Below are positions 13,256 to 26,120 of a stretch of 64,000 nucleotides of DNA, piece after piece (the first letter of the stretch is position 1; every line of letters starts with the position of its first letter). Below the pieces are notes generated by a model. That model was given only the letters and a program-made list of their open reading frames with translations, was not told the DNA's origin and searched no databases. The translations under genes were made by a program, and so were the position numbers. The stretch comes from Callorhinchus milii (taxonomy: Eukaryota), in the NCBI RefSeq assembly GCF_018977255.1, contig NW_024704742.1:115446001-115510000 (forward strand). The letters run 5' to 3'.

Positions 13256-13687
13256 GTATGGTTACTGACTGTTCCAGCAAAATATGTATATATTAAAACG
13301 GAAAATCCCTTCCCCCCCCACCCCGAACCAGGCAGATACAGACACAAATAGGCTCACAGCTCAAACAACACAGGTTGGGGATGTGGGCCTTAAAAACTCA
13401 ACAGCAGCACACACAACAGCGACGGGGTGCAGGCACGTGGGTTCACAGTGAATGAGTACCTGCAGCCCTTCTTATATGCCTCACAATTTGCCTCCTGCAC
13501 TACGGATAACCAAACTTCAGGCCAGCCATGTGTCCTAGATTTCCCTGCACTCTGGCTCCTTAGACTCAGGACCTGTACCCCGTAGTCCAGACCCAGAGAG
13601 ACGTTTAGTAGTGTGTGCCCGCTTTTTAAGATGACAAATTCCACACTCCTCAAGCCTTCCTCTCTTGAGGTTCTAATGCCCGGTACA

Positions 13688-13707
13688 ATATATATATATA
13701 TATATAT
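13688..13707. repeat. (AT)n microsatellite
   Basis: About 10 AT units. Confidence 0.9.
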
Positions 13708-14285
13708 GTACACTGGTTTTGCTGTTTATACATTGGCACACAGTTGAATCATAGCAATTTTATATCATTTTTATATTTCTGCTCCAGAGATAACTAATTT
13801 TATCACTTTATTACTGTTGTGGTGCCACGCGTTGTGAGAGAAAGCAAATATTTTCATAATCATCAGAAAAAGACATCCACATCAAGTGGAAATGTGTCAG
13901 AGTCTTCTCCATGTGTCGTGGAACTGAGACAACAACAATGTGCATTTATATAGCGCCTCTCACACAAGGCAGTGTCCCAGAGCACTTAGCCGTGGAGACA
14001 CCAGGAGGGTTTATTGTCTGGTTTGTATTGAGTTGATAGTTTAATGCAAAATGAAATACAATAATGTAACAAGGAGAAAGAATCAGCAAGTCAATCCTAC
14101 TGATTTGTTGGGTTTTTATTTAATATCATCTTGTACAAAGGCTAAACACTGATGTCCTGCGGGCAGCACTGTGTAGATAAAAACAGTTATTATTTAGTAA
14201 GATATGATAACGGAAAAAATACACTGTATTTAACAATCGCATCTGAAATAGAAACTCACCACAGTTGTATTGTGTTGAATTGCAG

Positions 14286-14441
14286 GTTACTCTAATCCCG
14301 ACCCATGACTCCGAAGTCATGCGGGAATGGTACCAACAGACGCACGAGAAGCAACAGGACCTCAACATCATGGTGCTGGCCAGCAGCAGCACAGTGGTCA
14401 TGCAAGACGAGTCCTTCCCTGCGTGCAAGATCGAACTGTAA
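14286..14441 (+). CDS. MAP1B: MAP1B last coding exon with TAA stop
   Basis: aattgcAG|GTT. Translates to VTLIPTHDSEVMREWYQQTHEKQQDLNIMVLASSSTVVMQDESFPACKIEL*. The C-terminal KIEL and the neighbouring MRPS27 favour MAP1B over MAP1A. Confidence 0.96.
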   Translation, partial: VTLIPTHDSEVMREWYQQTHEKQQDLNIMVLASSSTVVMQDESFPACKIEL

Positions 14442-17400
14442 CTGGGAGTCCCGTCAAACCAAAACATTCAACCAGTTGTCTAAGGGGAAGCACTCAAATG
14501 GAAAATAAAACACAAAAAAAAAAGAAAGAGCGATAGCAGATACCAATCCATATCTGCTGAATAATGTACAATAGATTTGTTATACAGGTCACTAGCGTGT
14601 AACACTTTCCAGACTGTTTAGTTCAGATGCTAAGGCAAGGCTTTTGATTTCTTAATCCAAGGGTTTAAAATACTTGGAGCTGCATGAACAATCATTCTTA
14701 GTTCAGATCGATTGTATTTTGTGGTGTGGTTGATTCCAGATCAGGGTCATTGGGTTTAGAAGAATATTTGGCGATCAGAAAGTTACAAGATTCTTGCCTG
14801 TGGGAACAGAAGTTTTAAACAGAGACAAATTGTCACAAAGTGACAGCAGTAGTTTAACAATGTGTGGAATGAGTGAAATTTAGTTCCTTTTTAATGATTC
14901 TAATTCTATGAGACATCGCTGCATCACAACTTTGAACACCCGCATAGTGACACAATATCATCAACATGTAGCGAACTTGCAAGTATTTTGAACCCTATTC
15001 ATGTAACCAGGCTATTTTTTTCCCGTAGATATGCAGAGATATTTAACTAAGGCATGCTCCCTGTGTACCAGCTTCCTGACAGATTTAATTCTGCATTGAA
15101 CCTGGCATATTGCCATTAAGCCTTGATAAAACTGCATGCTTAAAAAATCGACAGCTAGTATATTTAAGCAGAGACCAAAGGAGTTGGGAGTACACATACT
15201 AGTCAATTTGCCTTAGACAGTGACTTGAATGTATTGTGATCTAGGTTGCACTTTTTTTTAAAATGTGAAATGGCAAGTGTATGAAGCAGACAAGGGATCA
15301 GTAGTGAAGATCAGTGTAGGACTGTCGTCTGAATAGTGCAGTGATGTATGTGGGTGTGGATGTGTATATATGTGTGTGTGAGACACCATGATTTCCTTGA
15401 GACGAGTCATAACCAATATGGCACCTGTTCTTTATTTTGATTGATGTACGGTAATTATTTTGACCAAGCACAGGTCAGATGGAATTGGAAAAAGGAAAAA
15501 AAATCACTCTAGGTTATTCAGAAGGTTTATTTCTTGTGACGATTGTGTTGAAGTACATTCTAAATAGGAATCAGCCTCGAGGCACCTCCAATTTCTTTCA
15601 AATTAATTGATTTCTTTTCCAGCCAAAATAATGCCAAGCAAAGGTTCACAAGCTGGGTGTTTTCGGCTAATTATGACAATAAGTAAGAATTCTGGGGGGA
15701 CAAAATTTATGTAGTTTTAAACTTTGGAAGTGTATGTGAATACTTATGTCAAAACATGTGGAGTTGTGTTTACAGTGTATGATTCGATGTTAAATGTACA
15801 GAGAGATGCCAAACATGCATGAATCATCCAATTGAGATCCCCCCACCACCCCGCCACTCCTGACTTCACCAATGCCTGATGACTTTTTTACACATGCTAA
15901 CAGCAGCTTATATCAAGAGTAACAACAGGAAGTCTTACTACACAAAAAGTCAATGTGCTCCAGTAACACCCCCTTTCTGGATATTTTCCGCATACACAAA
16001 AGAAAATCCCAAAACACCCCATCGTGCCTCCTTGTTACCAGTGATCTCATGAGCATGCATCAATGGCATTACGCTTCGTTTAATGCAGTGTTCATTAGGT
16101 TTAAATAACAAAGAGTAAGAGGGAGAAATATGTGAAACATCACAGATAGGTGTGGTAGGTCAGAGGACCACTGGATGTCGCTTTGGAGGAAGAAGCAAGC
16201 CTAGTTAAAGAGCAATGTTGCCTTGTTTTTACCAAACACCTCAATATGACGAACCCATCATTGATCACATTGAGGAGATTGGTAAAAACATGGACAGAGT
16301 TGCTTTCTGAGGACTACATAATAATGATGAGCTTAAAGGCTGGTTGATTAACCTAGTTAATAAGGAACTGGCCTCAGTGCAGGCTGTGTGAGAGAGAAAG
16401 TGACCATAACACCCAGTGGACAGAAAAAGCTGATGGCTGTTCTTATTTTGGTCAATAAACATCTTGTTTGCATTTAAAAGCCCAGATGGAATCTAGTTGT
16501 CTCCATTAACCCATTTTTGACACCACATGTGGGAGGGTGGTTCTGGGCTAATGAAACAACTAGATTCCATCTGGACTTTTAAATGAATGCAACATGTTTG
16601 TTCAAGCAAATCAGAAAAATCAGCAAATATTTTCTCTTTTTTAACTAGGCTGACAAACAAGTCTTAAATAACCTTATTACTTAGTCCTCAGATAGCAAAG
16701 TGTTGCATGTTTTTACCAATCTACTTATGATCTATAATGAGCTGTTGACATTCCAGCAATCCTCTGCCCTATCACAATTAACAATTTAACAATAGTTCAA
16801 TTACACTCAATTTCCCCCCATGTGGGTAAATATGTATGCCTCATCCCGTAATAGCCTTGGCTTATAAAAATCCCATTGCTGCTGACATGCACACGTGCAT
16901 ATGGAATTTCTCTGGGTTTTGTTCATCAGTTTACTGGGGAAGGTGGGAGCATGCTCTTCTGGTTCCATCGATGCTGGAAGTTTTGAGATGTTCCATGCAC
17001 CTCTTCATTGCTTCTGGATGAATTGTCTTGTCCATGCTGGCTGTCAGTGGGTAAGGACTGGACTGAGCTCTGGCCACATTAACTGATTGTGTTATGTAGG
17101 ATGAAGGGTAATCTGCGGCAAGGGTGAAACCACTGAATTGTGCATGCATAATTTTCAAAAGTGCTTCTACCATGTTGCCTGTACATTTTAGGACTTCACT
17201 GAAATTAGTTGTAGATTCAAAAAAGCTACAGATATTGATGGTCTACTTGGGTTTTCTCAGTTTTGGATAGCAAGAGTACAGAGGGTTGTATCCTTCTCAC
17301 TTGGATGCATGTGGAATATTCTACTTTGTTTCTGTAATTAATGTATTTTCAAAGGTTAGCATTAGCCCTCTGATCAACAGCTTTATCAATGTATACTATA

Positions 17401-20400
17401 CAGATCAAATAAGGAGCATGGATAAAACAATGCTGTCACTTACCATTTAACATGTGCTGTATAATATGTGCTCTTGTCTCACAGTGAAATCAGGTGTGGT
17501 TTGGTACACTGCAAATGCTCCCAAAAAGATCATTGGTTGTTGAATGCTACTGACATATGAACTTATTTTCAGCCCCACTCTTAGAAAACATGTTCTTGCC
17601 ATAGTTATAACTTTTTTTTAGACTTTAAAACATTCCCTTTAACATGACTTTACTGAAGTTTCACCAGTTCTGGTAATCTGCGGCCAGTTTGCTTGAGTTC
17701 ATAATAGAAAATCCAAATAATAATTTATAGTCGATAAAGCACTTTTTGCATCAGGAGGACATCTCAAAATGCCTCACAGGATTTACTATTATATCCTGTA
17801 AAGTGTAGTGACTGTTTATTTTCTAGACGAAATGTAATGGAGCTATTAAAAAAAATTGTTAATTAAGAAAATGATTTGCTACATGATGCAACTTGCATTT
17901 GTAAAACCATTAGTGAAGAACTGCAGAAATTCCAATGGCTTGTGTTGAGTGTTTGAGTAAAACCAGTGAGATGTTGCGTAAGGAATTTCAGCTTGAGCCA
18001 CTCAAAATGTTCCATAGTTTTCTTTTTAATGAACAAAACATTTTTTTTGATAAAATAAATTAATTTGTCATCCTATTGGGATCTCAAATTTCCAGTTGGA
18101 GATTATGTTACTGGAAATGCTTGCATGTTCTTGTAAGTCAAAATGTGTGGGTGCCAATGGTGATAATAGGTAGCTGTGAAACATTCTCAAAGATAAGGCT
18201 TGATTATTTCAAATGTTTTGCCATCAGTTTTACTAACTTAGCTAAAGGACACTAAAGGTTTGAGAATTCCAGACACTGTAAATACAGGCTTCTGTAATCT
18301 ATACCAGTCATGTCAGATCATTTCAAATGCCCTGATTGTAAAAATAACCTGCATTCATACCTGCTTGTGAACCTTTCTTTGAAAACTTGGCAAGGAAGCT
18401 CAAATCTGTCTAAAAAACTCGTATTTTTACGTTATGAATGGATTTAGTGTATGTTTCAGTAAGGTTGTTTTTGTTATGATAGGAAAATATAATCTTAGGG
18501 GAAGGATAAGTCAGCAAGCTGCCTGCATTCTCTGGTGAATTCTCCATTCTGGGAGCTGCAGTGCTTCTGTTGTATTGCTGATGTGTGGTGGATCATGCAG
18601 CAGGCAGGGCGTGTACACAGTTTTAATGATACCTTGAAACCCTGTAATTTTCAGTCCTGTGTCATTCTTGTGCCCTTGTCATTCCAAAGCTGGCAGTTTT
18701 CCAGTTAAACTTCATTACAGCGGAGATCAGGATACCACGGAAACCTTTGTGACCGGAATGTACTTTTACTTTTATACCAAATATGAAAACTCTTTCTTTG
18801 CTGGATAATATTTACACAAATCCCACTCTCTAACCGAGTGTGCAGCACTGAAAATTCCCCCACTTGATCAAAACTGGCATGGCATATTCGGAGTTGGTTG
18901 AGATTTGAGACATTACGGCTTCCAGTTATCTCTGCAAATGGCAGTTGTAACCTTTAAGGTTTGCAACCTGTCTGCCTGCATTCTCATAGAGGCTACACAA
19001 GTAGACCAAGACGCTACTGAAATGATGGGATTTCACAATAGACGTGGGCTGACTGCAGTGCATGGAAAGAATATAGATGTGGAGAATTCGATATGCTTAA
19101 TATGTTTAATAATATTTGTTGTAATGCCCCCTTTATATATTAAGGTTTACAAAACTCTATGATTGGGCCTTGATAAGTCTTTGCCAGGAGATAGGATGCT
19201 CTTTTTGACCCACCACCCCACACACTGTTTTGTGACCTTATGAAATCTGAGACTTAAAACAGCTGCTTTCCTAGAGATGTGACCTCATTTTTGTATAGTG
19301 TTTTTTTAAAAAGAAGTTGATTATTTTATTTTTTAAAGACTTTATGCGAACAAAAGTGTGAATGTTGTTTTAAAGCAAAGTGAAAGCTCCAATACATTTG
19401 CACTGTTTTTTGTACACATCTTTCCTAATGTAGGCAGGCTTCAGTTAGAATTGGATTTTATGGTCGGGATTGCTTCAGTTACTGAAGATATGCAACAATT
19501 GCATTTGTATTATAAAGTTTTTGTTATTGTATTTTATTTGAAGATATTGTTCCGTTTAGGTTGTTTGAGAAACACTTAATAAGGCAAAGGTTTTAAATTA
19601 TGCATTTTTTAACAGATTCGTAATCTTAACTTTTAAAACAGCTGCCAACATTTGAGTTGTAAGCAAAATCAGATGCATTTAATTCTGTGTAGGTAATTGT
19701 TCTGTGCCTGTGTGGTTTAATGCTATAAACACTTAGGACTGTAGTTTTAAAGGATGGCCGTACCTTAATATAATTATGGAGAAGCTCACTTAATGCTCAG
19801 TTTAGATTTGACTTCCTTGTTTTGGACAAAATTATTGGTGCTAGAAGGTGCAGGTGTTGAATGGTATTGCACTGTGATGATGCCCCAATACACTAAACCA
19901 GTGCCTGGTAGAATTTGACCTCACCACAGAAAATTCCTGCCCTCAGTCATGAAGCCAGGGTGAAATGCTTAGTGGAGGTAATTCTATTTCAGGAGGGACA
20001 GGAATTAGGTGGATGTAACAACAGAGGTTTATGATGTTACTTGGGTAAGAACTGGACTGATGGCAAGTACCATATTGATACATGGTTGAAGTATACAATG
20101 TAACACCTACCCATACTTACACCTCTTAGCAATCAATCCAAGAGCAGTAATACCTCGGTCCGGGAATTTTTGGACCATTCTGTAGGATGGAGAAGGAAGG
20201 AAATGCAAGCACCTCACATAGTCTCCAGTTGTGCCCATGATGTGACATCAGTAACTAAGGTGTTACTAGCATCATGGGGAGATTTAAAAAAGAAAGTTAA
20301 AACATTTAAGATTCATAAAGAAATTGTACATCTTCTGATTGATTATTCTCACAAATATGAAGTGATTCACAGGACTTCCTGGTCACAACTGTGAAAAAGA

Positions 20401-22600
20401 CAAAAAAAACAAGCCCTGGCTTCAAATCCCTCTGTTTCCTGGCACGAGTAACTTTGCTGACTTGGCATGTAAGAACCTGCTACACTGCACTGTCAATTTG
20501 AGTGATTTTTTAATACCTTGAACTCTTATGTTAATACAAATAGGTCTGGGGGATTCAAAAGAAATCTTATCACGCCACTGAGAACAAAATTAAGTGCAAA
20601 ATATTTTTTATTTCCTTTAAATGCATTTTCTGCATTTCTTAAATGCATAAAACTTTTTTTAAAGACTATTTTAAGAGAAAGCGGTTCATAGTTATGTTTA
20701 TGTGAAGGAGTTTGTTATTACTGTTTTGGATAAATTGTCCGTCCATCCACCCTCCCCCACCACCCCTCAATATTTCTTTGGAAATTTCTTGTTGTCAGCT
20801 ACGACCGGCTAGTCGTGCTGTGACAGACTGAGTGTTGTGAGAGAATGTGCACGTGGCATGCAATATTGCTGTTTTACTGTGTCCCTGTGTAAAATATTTA
20901 TGTGGAGATTTGCTTCAAGTTCCTTTGAGTTTGTCCTCACTCCATCTGAAATATTTCTGGTTGAAAGGGCATCATTTACCCATGGCATTTATGCTTGGAG
21001 CGGTCCGTACCTAGTCTCTATTTACTGGGAGAAGAGTTCTTGAATACATTGTTGGGATTTTTTAAGCTTACACTTCTGCAACTCCCCCAATCCATTCCAG
21101 TCCACTCCTGCAGAATAGTGGCAGAGTATGTTTTTAGGACCTTTTTATTTTTGAAAGGCATAAAACACTAAATCAAGCTGAGAATGGAATGAGAGCAACA
21201 AATCTATTAGGGAAGTGGTTGAAATGAGCTGCTTTTTAAAAAAAAAACTACGATTTGTATTTGATGATTTCACCCCCTACCTGTTCACTGTGATGTAGAT
21301 TTCCATTTTTACATTTCCTACAGACATAAAGGGTCAGTTGAACAAATCACTTTGTATTGTGTATTGTGCAATTGTGCTGTGGCAACAAATACCAGTGTCA
21401 AAGGAACTTGGTAAGAAGTATGCAATTTGTGCTTTGGCAAGTACTGAAACTCCATGGTAGATTTTCAAGAAAGAATTTGCCCAAATCAGCTTTGAGAGTG
21501 TATGTTACATTTTTTTTGTGTGTGGTATTTTCAAAACCCTGAAACTCACAGTGTTGGTAAGGTGCAAATGATTGCTAGTTATTTGTGATTGTCTCCAAGG
21601 GCCCTGAGGATCAAAGAAGAAGCCATGAGGAATTGCCATGACTAAGTGGGTTTGAACATGTATCATTCTGATAACCACTTTTTTTGGAAATAGACAATCC
21701 GCTGATAACCCGTCACAGTTTATTTGCTTCCAGATTTATATACTGTATTCTGAACTGACCTTCTGGTAAAACAGTTGTTCACAATCCACTGGCAGATTTA
21801 GAAATTATGATGCATTTCATTCCCACCTTACCACATACAAGCACCTGCTATGGCAGTCTGTGGATCAAATGGTACATGCTGTGAAGTTTTTGTTTTATAT
21901 GAAAAAACATTAAAAATACACTGTTGAAACAGTGTGGTGAGGGAACTTGTTCAATTTTACAGATGAGAATGAATGGATGTTTGAGGTTTTGAGTGTTTTC
22001 TAAAATCTCTTAGGATTTTATGGTGAAAAATCTTTGACCCATTGGATTATATTGTGTGACACTGCATTGAGTAGCTGTTACCTGATGATACTACTGCTTT
22101 TATTAAACAACGCTCTTTTATGGGACGTTTGCGACATTACAAAGTAATAGTGACCAAAATAATTTAAACACCTGAGAAGTGACCACAGCGAACCTAGTAA
22201 ACTGTCCAAACTTACTCACATGCGTATTTCACAAAAGTTTCCCTGGACAACTTGTAAACATGACTAGACAGCTAAACAAAGAATCTGCTTAAACACTTGC
22301 ATGCAGTTTTATCTTCTAGATATGGAAAACACCAGTCTTAACAGCTGGCTGAGCAGCACCTCACAATCCTCATTATCTGAATGATGTTTTATGTGTCAAA
22401 CTGCAGATGTGTATGGTATTTATGTCTTATAATCCTGCAAAACTCTATCCAGTCATATCTAATGTAGAACTTAGTTTTCAGTGAAAGTATTATGTAGTGC
22501 TTTTCAGATATTGTGTGCAATATCCCCTGCCACTGGAGTATTTGATGTAAAGGGAACAATTACATTAAAACCCACAATAAAAACAAAATAAGGATAAATG
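14442..22600 (+). other. MAP1B: Probable long (~8.1 kb) MAP1B 3' UTR
   Basis: Repeat-poor compared with its flanks and U-rich. The block at 22405-22581 resembles my recollection of the mammalian MAP1B mRNA 3' end. It ends at ATTAAA (22564) and AATAAA (22576). The extent is inferred, not shown by transcript data. Confidence 0.6.
22576..22581 (+). terminator. Candidate MAP1B distal polyadenylation signal AATAAA
   Basis: ccacAATAAAaac at the end of the conserved-looking block, followed by a T/GT-rich tract (22601-22660). Confidence 0.6.
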
Positions 22601-23764
22601 AGTTTTTAATCTTCTTTCCTGCAAGGTTTCTTTCGGGGTGATTTTTATGCTTATGTGTGTTAATGCTGGAAAACTGAACCCATTCCAACTTCAGACACCT
22701 GGTGACAATGTGACACTCAAAGGTCAGAAACTCTGCAGTTAGATGTTGGAGCTCCGTCATTGATGTGCGTTAGCTCTAACCTTGGAATCCTAATCCTATG
22801 GCAGGAGCCATCCTCTGATCCCTCTTTAAGAAGAGATGATCAATTTTGTGCTGAATCAAGGCAGTTTTATGCTGTGAGGCCTGCCATCACTAGGAACTGA
22901 GTTGACACTGATGTATGCAGTAAACATCAGCTTGTTCTTCTGTCCAAGCAAAACCCATCAGACTTTACTGATGAGCAAATATGTTTTGTAAGAACTAGCA
23001 ATAGTTGTGCTCAATTGTCAGTATAAATCTTTCTCATATACATTTAATAATAATCCTTGCATTTGTTAAAAGTGCCTTATCCTGCAACTAAAGCATCACT
23101 CAAAGCACTTCATACGATTATGCTGTGGTATATAGTGCCTATTTGTAGGTGAATGCAGCAACTAATTTGTGCACAGCAATGTGCATCTCCTGCTCCCTGT
23201 TAGTTATTTTAGTATTGGTCAAGCAGGACAAAAAGTCCAAATGTTCTGCACATATGCAAAGTGTCTACCTTCACTTCACCACTAAAGAGATGAAGACGCT
23301 TTCCCTTAGCAAAAACTTAGAAATCCCTGGGTTTCTAAATGCAAACATTTCAGCTGCTTTAAGAGCGAATCTCCAGCATCCGCACTTCCATTAGAACACT
23401 CTGGTCGCTCTGGCTGTGATACAAAAATCTCAGTCGTGTAGTGAGTCAGCAGGAGTGTTTGCAAGCTTTTATAGCAACTCTGCAGTGCTCATCTCTATAA
23501 ATTTGTTATTCAGATGTAAACACAAAGGCTTATTAGGATATGGAATGCAGTACCACAAGTGGCTATTTGAAGCCAAGTAAATTACATCATATAAAAGGGA
23601 ATTAGATTGGCATTTGAAGACTAAAGATATAAAGTAATGTGGGGGATAGAGAATGGAAATTGAAGTAGTGTTGATGGCTCCAGTGGGGGAGTGCAGCACA
23701 ACACAGGGACAATGTGCCAAATGGTCTCCTGTCCTGAAATTCACGTTTCTGAGCCTTTCAACAA

Positions 23765-24600
23765 TAATGATTTATATTTGTAATAGCAGCTTTCACTTTT
23801 CGGGAGAACTCTCAAAAGTGTTTTACAAAGACAGAGTGGAAGCCTAAGCTACAAGGAAGATGTGGGTGGGGGCAGGTGGCCGAAGGCACAGTCAAAGTGA
23901 TAGTCTTTAGACAGCTTTTGAAAGCAGAGGGGTGAGGCAGAAGGATTTTGGAATAGAGTTCCAGAAGGGATGGGGGGGGTATGGGAGGCAGAGTGATTGA
24001 AAACTTAACTGCCAGTGATGGGATGGGCAGACGAGGCAGGAGCATGAAGGCAAGCCAGAGTTGGTGGAGCAGAGGGAGTGGCTGGGAGATATAGGGTTGC
24101 AGGAGATCACAGATGCATTTTGAAGGAAAGGCAAGGAATTTAAAATGATGCAGTGGAGGAGTGGGAGCTAATGGAGCTGGGCGAGGATGGGGTAATGGGC
24201 TCACGGATCCTAGCATGGTAGAAGCTGAGGGCTGTGGAGTTCTGCATAGTCTGAAATTTATGGAGGGTGATAGTGAGAAGACTGACAAGCATAGCATTGG
24301 AAAAGTCAAGAATGGAGGTCACAAAGACATATGTGAGAGCTTTTGCCATCATTGAGGTACTGTCAGGGGTGAAAAATGTGTAGATGGACTTGTTCAGAAC
24401 CCATATCACAAATTTGAAGGTCAAACAAAATGCCAAGGTTCCACACAGGTTCTGTGAGTTGGGGTGAGTAATCGGGGAGACCTGAGGTGAGGAAGCACTG
24501 ATTGGAGCCGAGCAAGAAAGCTTCATTTTTGTCAACATTGAGTTGGAGAAAGTTAAGACTCGTACAGTATTTGCTGTCTGACAAGGTAAGATTTTTTTGC
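23765..24600 (-). mobile_element. Degenerate L2 fragment
   Basis: NFLQLNVDKNEAFLLG..VWNLGILFD, LHKFQTMQNSTA; G-rich 3' UTR visible on +. Confidence 0.7.
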
Positions 24601-25699
24601 TCAGTCAGATGTCTTGACACATGCGGAAACCCATCACCATGCTTAAAAGTATTCAATCCAGACTGAGATTTGCACATGTGTACACAATCCATACATGGAC
24701 ATTTTCTTGTGTCTGGAATGAAATATGCACTTTCTCCCTGGAAGGATGCGTCCTGCTTACTTAATTCATCAGGATATTAGGCGCAGGTTGGCAAGAGCCA
24801 AAATGTGGGGACCCCAAATTGTGATTTGGGCACTATTAGGGTTTATCCAGCTAAAGCTGCATAGTTTGGTATCGAGAGCATTGTCTGGCAAGTTTCCTGA
24901 TTTTGGCTTACAGGGTTAACAGGAGCTGAGTAGAAACAATCCCTGCTCCGCTTAACTTGCAAGCCAAAGCCCTGACGGGTAGGATGGTCCTAGCTCAACA
25001 ATCAGCAGGAAACTTGCTAGATAGTGCTCCAGGGTACTGCTGATGACAGACCAGCCCGTGTGGCCTGTTGACAGGACTAGGAGAGCCAGATTTGGAAAGG
25101 AAACGAGGCTGGTGGGTCTGTCACCAGCAGTGCCCTGGATTGATGTGGACCTGCCAGGCTCAGGAACAACAACAACTTGCACTTATACAGCGCCCTCCAC
25201 ACCAGGCAGCGTCCCAGAGTACTTAACAATGGTGGAACCCGATGCCCAGCCAAGGGGAGGGGCAAGGTGATGGTGACCGTAGATATGGTTGAAGAGGAAG
25301 GTCTTCAGGCACAACCTGAAAATGGGGAAAGAGAGGGCAAGGCAAAGGGATTGAGGGAGGGAATTTCATAGCTTTGGGGCGCAGTGGCTGAAAACAAGGC
25401 CGAGACCCCCATGGAGGTGTTAAATTCGACATTCTGTTGATGAACATATCACCTTGGAGCCAGCTAAGACCCACTTACTAGTTGGTTATAAGTAAGAACA
25501 AAGCCAGAAAAATGCAGATGTATCAGGGAGGAGATGGTGAAAGAATAGTGGAACATCAAAAGTATTAAGAGGGTTTTTAAAAAGTATACTTAATACTTAT
25601 GCTGTATGGTTTCAAAGGAAGGGGCCATAAGGAACGGCCATAAAGGGCCCCTGTCACACACAGACAGATATTTGTAACTTTGACCAGGGTGGTCTTGGT

Positions 25700-26120
25700 T
25701 ATTCACTTGTCATGAATGTTGATAGTTCCCTCAGGTCATCTCGCACATCAGAGCACACTAACCCATCACTCCATCATCACTCTATCATTTGGAACAAATT
25801 TGAGATTCTCATCCTCACCTTCAAATGTCCCCACAGCCTCACCCCTCCCTACTTCTGCCCTGACTGCTCCCTCCACTTCACTGGTCTGCTCACATCATCC
25901 GCTTACTTAATATCACCGTCATCATCCTGAAATCTCCACCGTGCCCTCCCTCCCTGCCTTTATAACCCGTCCTAAGACCTACTTCTTCAACAGTGCTTTT
26001 GGTCATCTTCCACCTACCTCCTCAGCTCCCCCAGCTCACAACCCCGATCAGTTGAGTAAAGCAATTTGAGATGTCCTCCTGCTTTCAACAGTACTATATA
26101 AATGTAAATTTTTGTTTTTG
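25700..26120 (+). mobile_element. Degenerate L2 3' fragment
   Basis: KFEILILTFKCPHSLTPPY followed by a pyrimidine-rich 3' UTR and the tail tactatataaatgtaaattttt. Confidence 0.6.

Noticed and set aside
18231..18284. QKI-type TACTAAC and Pumilio-type TGTAAATA in the MAP1B UTR
   Set aside because: Single short motifs are expected by chance in 8 kb of AT-rich sequence; unsupported without conservation data.
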